DNA of 64,000 nt. It comes from Marsupella aquatica (lineage: Eukaryota > Plantae > Marchantiophyta). Shown in pieces: positions 12,501 through 26,750 of this stretch. The stretch covers positions 10,094,184 through 10,158,183 of the forward strand of contig OZ316895.1 of assembly GCA_973895155.1 (NCBI GenBank), written 5' to 3'. Below the pieces are notes generated by a model, which made no database searches, was not told where the DNA came from, and saw only the letters and a program-made list of their open reading frames with translations. The translations under genes were made by a program, and so were the position numbers. How positions within the stretch are numbered: position 1 is the first letter of the stretch; every line of letters begins with the position of its first letter.

Positions 12501-14971
12501 ATATTACCTTGTGTTTGATGTTCTAACCATAAATCCTATCCGAAGGGGGATGAAATAGGAAAGCTGAAAATCAGTGAATGAGTTGAAGCAGACTGCCTGG
12601 TAGACACGGAATGTTTTTTGTTTGTTTGTTTGCTGATGAAGGTTTTAATCATAGGACTAGTTGAATTGCCTCTGTCATTGGTCTGATAACATTTTGTGGA
12701 TCTGACAGGAGGCAGTTGTGAAAATGTTGAAAATGCTGAAACGCAAGGGAAAGAAGCTTTTCATTCTGACAAACTCTCCATATCCATTTGTAAACGAGGG
12801 CATGCGTTACTTGTTCCAGGTGCCTTCTTTTGAGCTTTTAGTGACTTCTGGTATCCACATTCATGGGTAGCATGAGGCAGTTGATAGTCACAATACATTT
12901 TACTCACCAAATATAAGGATGCAAATGATTGTTCAATTCCCATGTTACAGGAGGATGGCAAGTGCGGGGATTCTTGGCGGGATCTTTTCGATGTAGTGCT
13001 TGCCTCTGCAGATAAGCCAGCCTTCTATACATCAGAACGTCCATTCAGGTTTTTACCACAATTTCCACAGCTATAGAACACGGACTGCTTTCTTGGTGAT
13101 TTCCTTCTAGCTTACTTTGATTTAAGGTATCTCGGCGAACAATGTGGGACAGCAGACACTGATGATGAAACTTGACCACAGGCACTACAGCACAAGGTTG
13201 GATCAGCTCGGTTTTAGCAAGGTTGATTATTTTGGGCCGCATGCTGTCTACTACCATGGGTGTCTGAAGTCTTTTCTTGACATCACCAAATGGAGGGGCT
13301 CAGAGGTTGGCAAAGCCCTTTAGCCTTGTAGAACAAACGTTCTTGAACCTGTTACTGAAACATCATCATGGTTTCATGAGGAATATGGTCTCCGTGTCAT
13401 GGTCTGTGCTTGACCAAATATTGACCTGCGCAGGTCCTCTACTGTGGAGACCACTTGTATACCGACTTGAGAGGGCCTGCAAAGGCTGGTTGGCGGACTG
13501 CAGCTATTATACGTGAACTTGAGGTAAATCGTCGTCTCGTGCATTCGATGTAGACTTGTGCGGATCGCTAAGTATGTTTGGGGAGGCCAGGGAATAGTGG
13601 TATGACCTCCAAATGATCTTTGCATAGCGTTGCAGCATGAATTGTGAGTACTATTGGGACATTGGAATATATTTCAGCAGGTGCATCTTGATATGCAGAT
13701 TTATCGTGTCGTATTTGGTCCAAAGGGGTCAGGGTCGTTAAAAAGGTACCTTACTTTCTGTAGACGCTGCAGTGAGCAGGTTTCTCTTCCACCTTGTGTG
13801 TTCAAGAAGTCTGTTCATGTCTACATCAGGAGATGACATGGATTTATACGAATGGAGTATAGGGATAAAATATTGTTGTCGAAGTGTGAATTACTACTAA
13901 TTTGGTTTTTGATCATTTTGTGCCTGTTGGCATAGATTTTTTCGTCAACATTTTGTGGCTGTTGGAATGGTATCTAAAATTAATCAGCGTAAGTCCCTTA
14001 AGACATCATTCGATATCTCAAATTTGAAGTGAATGCAGGAATTTGATGATTAAGTGTTTCTTGGATGTGCAGAAGGAAATTGAGCTACAAAACGAAACGG
14101 AGTACAGAATTCAGCAAGTAAGTTGTGCGAACTGTAGAGGTCCCCCCTTAATGTCTGACGTTCTTCTCGTATCGTGTGATTACTTACGAAATGTAGTTTG
14201 TCACACGGTCTAGTACAATTCTGAGAGCTGCTTGGGAGACTTTTGGCGTTCTGTTGGAAATGAATGAAACGTCCTAAATTTTATGTATCTATGTCACGCA
14301 TGCAGGCAAAGTACAATGTGATACAAGAGCTATTGGGGGAGTATCACAAGTTGCCTGAAGAAACTCAAATAGGTGAAGCACAGCAGACGCTTTTGATGGC
14401 TTTGAGACGTGAACGGCAAAGTTCCCGTTTAGCAATGCGAGCTCATTTCAACCAATATTTTGGGTCTTGTTTTCTCACCGATACAGGGAAAGAATCTGCT
14501 TTTGCCTACAATGTTCAGAGATATGCAGATATCTACACAAGCCGTTTGGAAAACTTGATCAAGACTTCAAGTGAGCCATGGCTGTATGCACCGTTTGATC
14601 TCAAGAGCCTACCGCACCACGTTAAGGTCAGTTTGTGGTGCATTTTCTATTTTATTACTACTGCAACTTTTCAAACTTGTTATGGAAGGGGGACTTTTGT
14701 CCAGAGAAAGAATGGCTTGATGTTCTTTCATTTGAGTCGACCAGCCCTCGCACATGCAAAGAGCACTTACTAAGCCAAAGAGAAATAGTGATGTGCACTA
14801 AATTGAACATGAAAGAGATCCGGGATTTGTGGTCTGTAATTTATCCTCGACTTAATTTACTGTAGATCTAGATTATTTGAATGTGTTCTCTATTGTAACA
14901 TATTTCTAAATCCTGGAATTGGACTGTTTCTTGATTAGGTACCTCCTTCCAGTTTTATGGACGCGGAGTGA
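9592..14971 (+). CDS. HAD-superfamily subfamily IG 5'-nucleotidase (cN-II/NT5DC-like), 12 predicted exons, probable organellar transit peptide
   Basis: Approximate GT-AG exons: 9592-9976, 10222-10358, 11525-11674, 12006-12107, 12329-12483, 12709-12819, 12951-13048, 13181-13304, 13434-13522, 14073-14116, 14306-14626, 14939-14971. HAD motifs: GFDYDFTL, FILTNS, ADKPAFY, GDHLYTDL..KAGWRT, RYADIYTS. The N-terminus is Ser/Arg-rich. The start codon is uncertain. Confidence 0.9.
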
Positions 14972-17404
14972 GTGGCCGGGTGTCTGTTGACATCCACGGA
15001 TTTGCAGTTAAGGCCAGATTCATGAGTCCTGAGAAATCTAGATATGCCTTGAAAGGCTCAATTTTGTAGATTAGATTGGTGCTATTTCTTGTAGTTCGCT
15101 CCGAAGCTGTAGTTTGTTACTGAAGATTTGTAAGCACCAGAGGGACGGAACGATTCAATGGTTCTCCAACTTGCTGGCTCTGTCCAGACTATGAGACATG
15201 ACCAGGTAAGCTGGCGCGGGGGTTGAAAGTAAAGCGGAGCCCTTGAAATTTAAGATAATAACTTTCTTTTGGACAAGCGAAAGGCCGTTCGACCATGACC
15301 TGGTTGTGCTCTCTGTTGCATGGCTGTGTGCACGAAGGTTTTTACACTTCACAAATGAAGGAAAGAAAGTGGGCCAGAGCTTACAGTAACGCCTGATTTT
15401 ACACAACTTTCCCGACTGTTGACATGTACCAATAGCCCAAGAGCAGGTGCCAGGCGTAGGGATGCGGGTTTGCGTTTGTATCCTTGCATGGCAGTGCATG
15501 CCTTGCGTCAGGGAGTGGTTTGTTTATCCCCTGTTAGTCTTTGGATGATCTTTAATCCGTAGTGTGTATTTTCTCTCGAAATACCGCTACGACCAATCGA
15601 CCAACGCCGGAGGTCTTTAGTCAATTCTTTTCCCCAAGGCACGCTGGAACTGCCTTGCGTTCCGTATTCTCTGACAGTAAGATGAACACCCGTCTGACTC
15701 GACGTCAAGGTGGGCACTTGCAAAGAACCCCCAGATCGTGGAACATGGCCTGAAGTTGCCACATCAGTGCCCACCTTGGATTGGCACGGGCAGTTGTAGC
15801 TTTGACTCGAATACAAAGGGCACCTACTTCTGAGATTCGCTGACTCGAATCTACTGCAGCTGGCTTAGTGGCAACCAGGTGGCTACCTTCTCGTACGCAC
15901 CAGTGGGTTGCAGTCCATGCCTGGCAAAGCTTCTCACCCACTTCGTAGACAAAAAGCTTGTTCGCCTGTCCTCACCTCTCGGGGAGGGCCTTGGTACACC
16001 GTTACCACATTCTCAGGGATACGTCAGGTACTCCCCAAAGGTGATTTTATACTACTGCTACCCCACTTGGGTCTGTTGGTTGTGAGTTTTTGGACTCGAA
16101 CTTCCGAAGCTTTCTGCTCCTTGGAATGACGGGCAATTGTTACTTTCTGCATTGCTCTGGGAGTTGCAGGTTGGCTTGCAGGCTTGGGGTTCTGTTGCTA
16201 GTGAAGCATTTCTGGTTGTCAGTCAAGATCCGTTTGGTTCGTTGCTTACATTCATCTAGTTATAGTCTTTTGCGTATAAGTTGTTCAAGCTGCTGCCTCA
16301 AGAAACGATGTGGCTCATGGGGATATGTCAATCTCAGTGATTGTATGCTTCGAGTCGGCCTTGATTTACAATTCACGTTTTCCTTCTGACCTTGAGTATA
16401 TTATCGAGGATTGCTACTAAGGCAGCAGTCAACCTCCTGAAAGTCTGGACAATTTTCTACGACATGATAATTATACAGCACACGCGAATCACACACCGCA
16501 CTGTGCAGTCCAGACAAATCATTTGTGAGCCAGATCTCTAGAACAGATTGTCTCGAGGACCTTAATAATTCAGGCCGATGAGATCCAAGTCAAGAAAGCT
16601 CAATCCGAGTGCGATGGTGACACACACAAGTGTTTTGTCACTTTTTTCGTTTTAAGATTGTGCCTTCTAAAATTGCAAGATGAATCCAACCTTCCGAATG
16701 GACACCGTCGAACCGTGATTGAAACAATAATAGCTTCTGTTTGTTCCAACAAATTCAGGACGTTATGAGGAATACGTACTCCACGATTTATACAGGATTT
16801 CTTGGGGCTCCCAAATCTGGTCTATATGACCGATTGTGCATGGACACGCATAGGGTGTGGTCCCCTTCTTGCATGGGACAAGAGAGTTGTAAGCAATGTG
16901 GCCAAACGGGGTGAGTTGACACTTATTTAGAACTCCCATCTGCCAAAAAATGCTTGCCTTGAAAGCGCAATTTAGGCCCATCCAACAGAGAATAACCATT
17001 CTGCTCGAGAGCATGTGAACCTGTAGGGTAGCCACAAGGTTTTTGCCTTGAAAGCCCATTCTGTAGGGTAGTTATAAGGTTTTTGCCTTGAAAGCCAAAA
17101 CCTGTCCCATCCAACCCAGGATAGACTTTCTGCTCGGGAGGATGTGAGTCTGTAGGGTAGCCACAAGGAGGAGGATACCCAGGAATCCGACAGGTACCCT
17201 GACCAGGAGGGAGAAATAAGGGTTAAACTAGTGCCCCAAAGTGGACCAGCCAGGGGTTGAAGAGTAACCAGTACTTCCACCACTACCCCCCACCCACATA
17301 CACACATACCCTCCACACCCCTTGCGAGTTGGGGGGAAGGGGATTGAACATGGGACCTCTTGGTTGTACTAGGCCAATCCCCTGGCCAATGACCTAAACC
17401 CCTA

Positions 17405-17660
17405 AACTTCTTTTATTCCGACCCATCCTCGTACCTATCGCGCATGAAGAAGTTTAAAATTTTGTTGAAGAAATGTAGGGGTGACTTATAAGAACTATAG
17501 GGGTTTTTAATACCAAATGTGAGAATATTCCTAGAATATTGTATAAAGTTAGCGGTTAAAAAATACTCAAACTTTACTTTATTTTCTCAAGTTTTAGGGT
17601 GTTTATTACTTGATAACTTTGCGCGTGATATGCGACCTCCCTTGGAGTGAGGCCCCCAAG
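17405..17660. mobile_element. MITE family A copy, inverted, one end missing or disrupted
   Basis: Ends in AGTGAGGCCCCCAAG (17646-17660). The body matches the reverse complement of 39371-39682. Confidence 0.7.
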
Positions 17661-20344
17661 TTGTGCACTGCCATGACCTCCCATGGTTTAAATTCAAGGC
17701 AATACAAGACAACAACAATGGTTGAGAGGCATGATCAACTTCTGTTGCAAGTCATCAATCAACAAAGCACTTAAACCTCATGTAAGTAATGGTCTTCCTA
17801 TCCCAGTGAAGCAACACTCATGATAGTGAGTGATACAATAAGGGCAAATAGCTAAGGAAGTGAAGGCCTCAGACATCACTTAAATTCTCCCTCAGATTCT
17901 ACAAGTAAATGATCAAGTTGTTGAAACTATCAAATATGGTCTTGAATCTTTCAATTTTATTCCTTCATCTTGAAGCTCATCAACTTTAAGGACGTGTAGA
18001 GCCAGTTGATAGCTTCTTTTTAGAATACTTTTGTTATAATGCTACAAACAATGATTCATAATCGGCATGGTCCACCAACTGCTTGATGACATTCAATCAA
18101 GCACAAAGGGAGCATCATGATGGCACTCACAGCCTGCTCTTCCATGTCCTACTAGTCATTATTGTTCACATTGTTTGGCTAATCTTTTAGCAGCTTACCA
18201 AGCCCAGCCTGTTGCACAAAGTAACCTCTTTGATCACTTGTCGCTCCCATAACAAGTAATCCATATGACCATCGTAGTTTGTATAGGCTCAAACTTGGAA
18301 CCACCAAGCTTGATCATCCTCATCATTCTTCTTGCAACTGGCCGGAGTATCGATGAGCACAGTTTTGCTAGCTCTTCCTCGTCCTACTCGCACCGCAGCT
18401 CTCGTGACATACTCAATTGCTTCAAGGTCAAAGTCCTTGCAGACAATGAAACCCTCCTTCAAAGCACTCATGTGAGAAATCAAGAAAGAGGAATGTTTTT
18501 TTCAACTTCTAAAAAAACTCAAAACTAATCATTGCCTTGTAGACCACGACTTTAGCTATCCAACACTAAAAACTAAAACCAAACCAAAATCTGACAACAA
18601 ATTTATTCACTTTTTGGTTGGAGTGTGTAAAACATAGAATTCTCCCCTATTTTGACCACCGCGATGAATAGCCAAAATGCAAACTAGAACCCAATGCCAA
18701 AAATGCATTTTGATTGATGCATGGGGTTGCTAACTCCAGTGGCTACAACCTCGCCAAATACAAACGCCAAAACATACCGTTTGCTAGACAAAATCTTTGA
18801 CTGACAGCCAAAAAACAATTCTCTGTTTTTTTTGGAAAATTCCCTAACTGTGAAGTAGGACTATTCCCTGTGTCGGGCTGGTTAAAATAGAGGGTGACTG
18901 GTCCTGGGATGTGTCACAACCAACAAGAAACTGGGAAGAAAAAGTTGAAAAAGGTCCTTAAAGGGGTTTAAAGCCCCCTCAAAAACAAATATGGGTGTGT
19001 ACAAGGGGTTAGGGTGATTTGCGGTATGAACACGAGCCAGGAGGGGATACATGGGGAGTATCAAAGGCCACAACTACGCCCCGTATGCAACCATGATGTA
19101 TGTCTGTAGCGTCAGGCCAAAAAGGGGTAGCCGATAGAGTCAAAAGTCATAGCGATAAACCCACTTCACGCAAAAACAAACTCCATAGCCTGTCCATAAC
19201 TTGAGTTGAAGCTACGTCCATGGGAACAGAAGAGAACTTTATTGCACTCTAGGCGCTTTGGCCATACTAAATCTATGCAATACAAGTATTAGATCTCCCT
19301 ATCTCTGAACTGGCTTTGTAAAAATGAGCCTTGGTCCCTCATATTCAAGCAAACACCGCTTGGGATCTAATGTGTAGCACAGCTAACCTAACAAGTGTGT
19401 GACTAAGATTAATCCTAACTACAGTTACAGCCATAACCCTAGACCTAAGTGTAAATGCCTGACACTGAGTGTAACCTACCAATACCAGCCAAAGGAGTTC
19501 ACATATATAGTAAACTTCTGTTTACTGGGTATAGTGTGTCATAATGCCTCCAAAAGAGGAGCTTTGGTTTGAGTTTTGAGGGTAAAAGTAGACAAGATAT
19601 TTCATAATGAGCTGATCCAAAACTTGAGTGTGCATTTTTTCTTCATAAATGCCCTGAAAATCATAAAGTGAAAAATCACAAAGGAAGCTAAGTGTTGGCT
19701 GTTAGGTTTAGAGGAAAAGCTCTTCCACGAGGAATCCTACATAAAGGCCCAGGAGTTGCCTACACAGATGCTACCCTTCTTGTCGTCCAATCAGGTGTTT
19801 ACAAGAGGATGCTTAGAGTATTCCTAAATTTTCAATTACAAAATTCTTCCTAGGTTTCACAGCCCTCTAAAATATTTTGTGAATACATCCCAAAATTGTA
19901 ATAGTTATGCTTTTACTGTGCAAATTGGGATGGCACAAAGATAAACCAAAAAAGGGTGGTGCCACACTAGTGTAGGCATTTACTCTATCAGACCCTATCT
20001 ATTGGCAAATTGCAGAGCCTGGTAAAGCTCTAGAGTGAAGTGCATAGGGGAGTCTAACAACTGAACCTGACTAGCTGCTCTAGAACCAACTACCTCACCC
20101 TTACAAAGAATAGTAAATGCCTGAGCACTCTAGAGTGCAACCAGCTCCCGCTGTTGAAAAAAGACCGCAATGATGGACACAATGACGGACACAGGTGGAT
20201 AAGGCCTCCGCTCTATGCAAAGAACCACCCACTATTGAATAAAGATGGCAATGACGGACACAGGGTTTAGGGTTTAGGGCACCACCTAGATTGTAAGAAA
20301 TGTCCCAAAGGCTGGGTGTAGCACCCTGGAAACCTCCATGGCAA

Positions 20345-20388
<44 letters not shown>
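20345..20388. repeat. (AC)n(AG)n microsatellite
   Basis: Directly visible. Confidence 0.95.
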
Positions 20389-20392
<4 letters not shown>

Positions 20393-21559
20393 CACCAGTA
20401 ATAGAGTACCTGAGCAAGCACAGTTGTAGAGCAGTGCATAACAGATTCCCCTGTACAGTGATTACCCACATCTCACTCCACGCCCACAGCTGCAATGCTT
20501 CAAATCCATTTATCCAATCCAGTGGATAAGTTCACGCTTGCGTACAGTCTCAGTTTCCTTTCGTGAAGGGAGGTTGACTTCTCCTCAAGCCCCGAGCGGC
20601 GCGGGGCTGTCGTCCTCTCCTTTCCCCAAAAATCCCGCAGTTATGGGGCTCTAATCTACGTCAGTAGACTGATCACTGATGGGATGGACATAGATTTGGA
20701 CATGATTTTAGGAACGAAATTATCAGCAGAGGTGACTTTGATTGGACGTGGAGTTGGACTTTTGAAGCCTAATTTATTGAGAAGGACCACTTTTGACTCA
20801 TTCCGGCACTGCACATCACAGGACAGCACGACTTTTGCTCTGAGACGCCGAGCTCCAGAGTCCAGGACACTAGGCTCTATCCAGCAGCAGCACTGCAGCA
20901 AGCAATTCCCCCATCCCCGCCCCCCCCCCCCCCCATGGCCAAAAGTCCAAAACCTTTGCTTCTTTCAATGTAGAGTCTGCTGGCTTTTCCTCAAACCGTT
21001 GTCCATGGTGAACGTCACGGTGACGTCTCTTGTTTCGTCCCACTCGGAAGGAGCCGCTCTATGGACTGAATAGCACGGGTCTTTTGGGAGGCTAGGACTG
21101 AACTGTACTCTAGGTTGGTGGTGGGTGGCTGATTTTGGGAGATTGCAATTTTGCGACTTTCATGGTTGTGCAGTGTGCATTACTCTTCTGTGGGATTAGA
21201 TTTCTTTCCTTTGTCTCCTGAAGTTCAATGCAAAGATTGTAGGGATTGCCGTTATAGGGCGCAATGGCACAATGTCCTTGGAGGCGTTCCGATGGCGCCC
21301 AATTCACGTTTCGACGGAGCGGCGAAGGCAGAAGGTTCCTCTCCTGCGGCACAAGTAGATTTCAGAGATTATGGAGGACCGAAATGCGCTTAGTGCGTTG
21401 GCATACACCTCTCCGTGTTGTGGATGAAAGAGTAGCCTAGGGTTGACGAAGGGAGTAGGTTCTTCATCTGTCGAAAGTGGCATAGTAATTTAGGGCTTTC
21501 AGAGCTGCAATCCAATCGTTGGGGAAAGCAGAATCGCTGGTCTTGGGAGGAGCCCAGCC

Positions 21560-23305
21560 ATGAGCCGAATCATTCGGCTGTGGAATTGGGTGGTAGCAGC
21601 GGTTGTGGTCATTTATGCTCTTTGTGTTGCTGTCTCTTCTTGCTATGGCCTGAGTGATCCCAGCTTGAAAGGTAATGTTCATGAACTTCTTGTTGCCACT
21701 TCTTCCGGCTCATCTGACCGCCCCGCCATTCAAATTGAATCTACCGACGTAGAAGGAGCGAGCAACTGTGATGACAGTGTACGCCTCGAAGAAGTCAGAC
21801 ACTCGGTTTCTGGCCCCCCAAGAATATTGAGAAGGCTACGTGAGGAAGAGGAGGAGAAGGATGGAAGGGGGGTTGTCCCTGCCGGACTGCGACTTTCTCT
21901 GTCAAGGAGGAGCTCTGACCCGTCATCATCAGAAGCAAAGATTCATCCATTGGATTCATTCCAAATGTCTGTGGAGAGGGATTCTCATAGAGTGAATGGA
22001 TTCGTGGAACGAATTCTTGTCGCTGCGCAACCCCAGGAGGCTAGCAGCGCAAGGTCCAAGTTTAGAGCAAGCTTTCCAGACATCACAAATCCTGGGGGAA
22101 AGAAAGACCAGCTAACAGACCAGTCCTCCTCGCCAAATTCAACCTCTGGACTTTACAAATTTGAATCCACTGTGAAGTCTGGGGTTCCCTTCGGATCCGG
22201 AGAGTATTTCATGGATTTTTATGTGGGAACCCCGCCCAGGCATTTCTCGGTTATCATTGACACTGGCAGTGACCTCACCTGGGTTCAGTGCGATCCTTGC
22301 GAGTTGTGTTATCACCAAGACGGACCAGTGTTTCAACCCAACATGTCTTCAACGTACGAGGGACTCACCTGTAATGCTGAAAGTTGTAAATCTGCTCAAG
22401 GCTTCGGAGATGATCCTAACAGCTGCCAGGAGACAGCCAAGGAGCCTGGCCTCTGCAGGTACTTTTACTATTATGGAGATTTGTCCAATACGACAGGGGA
22501 TTTTGCTATGGAGACAGTGACCTTTCATGTGAGCAAAGGGGACCCTCTCCAAATTGAGCAAATTCTGTTCGGATGCGGGCATTCGAATATCGGGCTGTTT
22601 CAAGGAGCTGGAGGGTTGTTGGGCCTAGGGCAAGGATCTATCTCATTTGTTTCACAAATTGGGAACTTGTTTGGGGACAAATTTTCATATTGCTTGGTGA
22701 ACAGGGATGATCCTTCGTATGTAGGTTCCCCTCTTATTTTTGGAGAAGACGAAATCTACAATGCACTGCAATCAAAATTCCAGTGGACTCCTTTATTGAA
22801 GAAAACACCAGTTGACACTTTCTATTACGTCAACATTACAGGGGTCAGCGTGGGCGGAGAGCTGTTGGAAATTCCAGAAACTGCATGGCAAATTGACATG
22901 GATGGCTACGGTGGGACAATCATTGATTCTGGTACAACTCTTTCGTATTTCAGGCACGAAGCTTACGACGCAATTAAAAAGGCATTTGTTGCAAGAATCT
23001 CTTACCCAGTGGTAACCTCTGTCCCAGTTCTAAGTCTGTGTTACAATATTACAGGAATCCAGAGCCCAGATTTTCCCTCGCTGAGCGTTATATTTAAGGA
23101 TAGCGCCGTTATGGACCTGCCTTTTAAGAATTATTTCATTCAACCAGACCCAACTGAGAAAGTGTACTGTTTAGCTTTACTGGGAATGCCACAGAAAAGT
23201 CTCAATATAATAGGAAATTTTCAACAGCAAAACTTTCATATTGTATATGATCGGGGAAACGCGCAGCTTGGATTTGCACCTGTGGATTGCACTAGTATCC
23301 TGTAA
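21560..23305 (+). CDS. Secreted aspartic protease, A1B nepenthesin-like family (intronless)
   Basis: 581-aa ORF with a hydrophobic signal peptide, GSGEYF, catalytic DTGS and DSGT motifs, Cys-rich insert, GLLGLG, FSYCL and IIGNFQQQNF. Confidence 0.96.
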   Translation: MSRIIRLWNWVVAAVVVIYALCVAVSSCYGLSDPSLKGNVHELLVATSSGSSDRPAIQIESTDVEGASNCDDSVRLEEVRHSVSGPPRILRRLREEEEEKDGRGVVPAGLRLSLSRRSSDPSSSEAKIHPLDSFQMSVERDSHRVNGFVERILVAAQPQEASSARSKFRASFPDITNPGGKKDQLTDQSSSPNSTSGLYKFESTVKSGVPFGSGEYFMDFYVGTPPRHFSVIIDTGSDLTWVQCDPCELCYHQDGPVFQPNMSSTYEGLTCNAESCKSAQGFGDDPNSCQETAKEPGLCRYFYYYGDLSNTTGDFAMETVTFHVSKGDPLQIEQILFGCGHSNIGLFQGAGGLLGLGQGSISFVSQIGNLFGDKFSYCLVNRDDPSYVGSPLIFGEDEIYNALQSKFQWTPLLKKTPVDTFYYVNITGVSVGGELLEIPETAWQIDMDGYGGTIIDSGTTLSYFRHEAYDAIKKAFVARISYPVVTSVPVLSLCYNITGIQSPDFPSLSVIFKDSAVMDLPFKNYFIQPDPTEKVYCLALLGMPQKSLNIIGNFQQQNFHIVYDRGNAQLGFAPVDCTSIL

Positions 23306-24532
23306 GTTAGGTATGGGGGAAACATGCATCACCTAGCCTCAGGTGTGGTTATAGTCCGGTGCATTTATTGCATGGCAATGACATGGTCTCCAGCGACGAA
23401 AAAAGTTCGAGCTGTCCATTTCGACCTCTTACAGCAGGAAGTTGCTTACAGCTTTCGATTACTTATATTGTGGAGTGACATAGGTCTTTGGATCAACAAC
23501 TGTATATGTACGATAGATACCATTCTTTTTTGCGCTGAAGTGCAAACGTAGGAAAGCAATTAGAATTGAATGCAGGCATTTTAGAGACACGAATGCTGAG
23601 CTCTCAGAAGGGCACTGGAACACATCACTCAGATCATATCGTGAGTGAGATGCTGTAAATATATCAGGATTTAACTAGGAACCAACTGTGAATTCCCCAT
23701 GTTGAAATTTGTGAATTTGAAACAGTTCTGCCAAAAGCATGGCAGCACCGTGGTCAGGGGGACCCATGGACCCAGATATTAAATGACCTTTGCTGATTTG
23801 TCTCATTGTCTTTGGTTGGCTTCTAGATTGATAGGTCGTCCATACAAAGAAATATCTGTCAATCTGTGGAGTCGTTTATTTCTCCTTTTGAAGTCATGAG
23901 CTAACAGATCCCCCTACATACAAAGTACATGAGCCGTGAGCACTCGAGTTGCAGCGATGTGTATTTTTGTTGTGTGATCCATTGGTAACCGAATTTTAAA
24001 TTTCAAACACTGCTCATGCTCATAATATTTAGGACTCCGTTCACTGGGATTGACACTAGATAAAAACACTGTTAACGGAGTGTAGTAACATGTGTCATAC
24101 TCCTGAATGAGATCATGAGAATTTTGACAAAAGGTACCTGAAGGTTAATTCAGCATCATTTGATGATTCTCATCCCTAGTCATGGAGCTGAAACCTCACC
24201 TGCCAAGTTGGCTTTAAGGGCTTTGCAATGCTCATCACCTTAACTCTGTGTTCTTGTACTGGAAAAATGGTGCACATTTTGCTGTTTCTCCAACGTGACC
24301 CACTTTTCAGCATCATGTGTTCTGGGATACTGATCTCCAACATTGCTGTGCAAGTTTTGTCTTTCGAGTCAGTCAAGTAGTGCGAAAAGTTGCGTTCTTC
24401 AAATTTCTATGGATAGCCATAGTCTTGGCACTGTGATGTTGTTCTTGGCGTTGTGGTGGTTGGTAGACGACCAGCATGTGCCGCTGGTTAGGCACACAGT
24501 AATGGTTGCTTTCAACTGTTCTAGTATAGAGT

Positions 24533-24635
24533 AAAGTATTGAACTCTGTATTAGTATATGGTACAGTATTGAACTCTGTATTCGTATATATTACAGTGTT
24601 GAACTCTGTATTAGTATACAGTACAGTATTGAACT
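24533..24635. repeat. 30-bp tandem repeat, about 3.5 copies
   Basis: AGTATTGAACTCTGTATTAGTATA.. units. Confidence 0.85.
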
Positions 24636-26601
24636 AAGGGTTTAGAGACCTTTTACTTTCTTCAGCCGGTCTATGGAATCTACAATTTTGTCTTTAATCT
24701 TAGCTTCAATACGTGAAAGATCGCTGGACCTCAATTCATTCCCTCCACACAAACGGTAGTGGGAAACAATCTATTGGGAGCCAAATCAGTACCTGAAGAT
24801 TTGGTCCTAGTTCTATCAGACAGTCATAAAACATCTCCTGCTGCCACCATGTGTAGGTCAAGGGGTGAAGTTTATGCCTTGTGACGGTATTCACCAGTAC
24901 AAAAAGAAGTATGTAGGGACAATGGTAATTGAATTGATACGAAAGGACAAAAATGTTCAGTAGCTCAATCATTTCCGTAGTTGCAGCAAGAGCGATGCGA
25001 CTCTTTCTTAGAACACACTCTAAAAGGGGTCTCTCTAACTGCACATCAAACGATGACATATAAATCAAAATATGACATATATGGGTGCACTACATCCCTC
25101 CATACTATGTAACATCTCATTATTTTATGTAAATCAATGAGTGCAGAGGGTGCACAACATCACTCCATACCATACAGGTGTACATAATATCTTTCCGGGC
25201 AATGAAAAGCCAATTCAATTCGACCTGGGTCAACATACTGTACAGGCTGGTCCTCCCTCGTTTGTAAGGTATTACCTGTGAACGAAAATCGATCGCCATC
25301 AACATTAATTCTGCAAGCTCACATCACTGGAGAGCTGCACCCAAAAGGACAACTCGGCCATACAGTTCATTTTCATTATACCTCGAGATTGTACCGATGG
25401 CCATCGCGGGTTAAGCGGGCTAGCTTATTAGTAGGCTTTCTCCCACCTGCTACAGTGTCGAGTTGTGTTTCATGCGTGGCCACTGTATACAACTGTATCG
25501 AAGTGGTGGATTTCTGGAATTGTGGGTCTCTTCTCCATGAGAAGTCCCTTAATGGAGGGCGGATTGGGCGGATTGGGCGGATTTTGCTCATCACTTGGTT
25601 GTAATCCGGTAAGCTGTCTGTGCTGGAGGCGACTCCGTCTGTCGGACTCGGAATTGCATGTGGCACTCATGAGAGAGAGCAAGCTCCATCTCCAACCATG
25701 CGCGAGTGGAGCTGAGCACAAACAGTAGTGGGAAACCGGTGAACTCACTGAGGGCCCTCACTCTCACTAGGAATGCGGCTTTCTGCTAAACCACAGCACC
25801 ACAGTCGACAAAAATGAGCTCTGCTTGGACAGCAAATTTAATGGAGATTTAAGGTCACTGGCACGGACACGCTATCGTAATTGCGTACACGAGGAGAGAC
25901 CAGATATGTGAGCTGGACACGAGAGGCCGATAGCATTGTCAGCACATCAAATGGAAGTTCTGAGAATTACTACCATGCCACTTTTTTTTTCCTGTAATTG
26001 GTTTAATTATTACCTTGCCACCTTTCTCCCCCTCTGGTTAGTTTGGAATGACCCATTCTGCCAGTTTTAATCAAGAGTGGCATCATCCTCAACACCCCTC
26101 ATCCCCCCTCCCCCCCCCCCCCCACTGGCGGGCGACAAGGGGGGCCAACCTAACTCAAGGGTTGAGAAGGATGTTGTGGTTAGAGTGGGGGACATGGATG
26201 ACCCTATGATAGTGAAACCTGGTTGGATGCTGATCATCTGGTTGTTTTCAAGCTAACTGGAGTTTGCTTAACCACCTATGGAGAAAATGGCTAAGAAATA
26301 ATTAAAACTAAAAAGAGTCATGGAGTATGTAGTTTTAGTAAAATGAAAAGTGGCAATGTAAAGAATCTCAGAGTGGAAGTTTATTCTCTCCCTCATGAAA
26401 CATTGCCTTTTAGAGCTACTAGCCCAAATAACCAAGCTTATGCACAGGAAGCTTCCCTTTACCCCAGACTCTTATTCCAAGCTTCTATCAATATCAAATA
26501 TTGTTGTTACACAAGAAAAAGGACAGCCTACAGCTTTGTTCTACCAAGTAGGTCATGAGGGGTAGACTTCAATAGCAAATGAAAGCATGGAAGATAAGCT
26601 C

Positions 26602-26750
26602 AAATGTGATCCCACCACAAACTGTTTGCTCAGATAGGATTTCTGAAGTTGTGTGGGATCTATGGAAGCATGTCCTATCTGAGCAAACTGTTTGGGTCAG
26701 ACATGCTCTGACATAAAAGCTCTGACATACCGTTTTGGTGGGATCTCATT
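26602..26750. repeat. Small fold-back / MITE-like inverted structure
   Basis: Outer arms AATGTGATCCCACCA / TGGTGGGATCTCATT; inner 22-bp arms CAAACTGTTTGCTCAGATAGGA / TCCTATCTGAGCAAACTGTTTG. Confidence 0.6.

Noticed and set aside
20263-20279. Telomere repeat GGGTTTAGGGTTTAGGG (similar at ~17393 and ~55751)
   Set aside because: Only about two units; common interstitial telo-box-like sequence.
24736-25748. Possible minus-strand gene fragments
   Set aside because: Short, interrupted ORFs without identifiable motifs.
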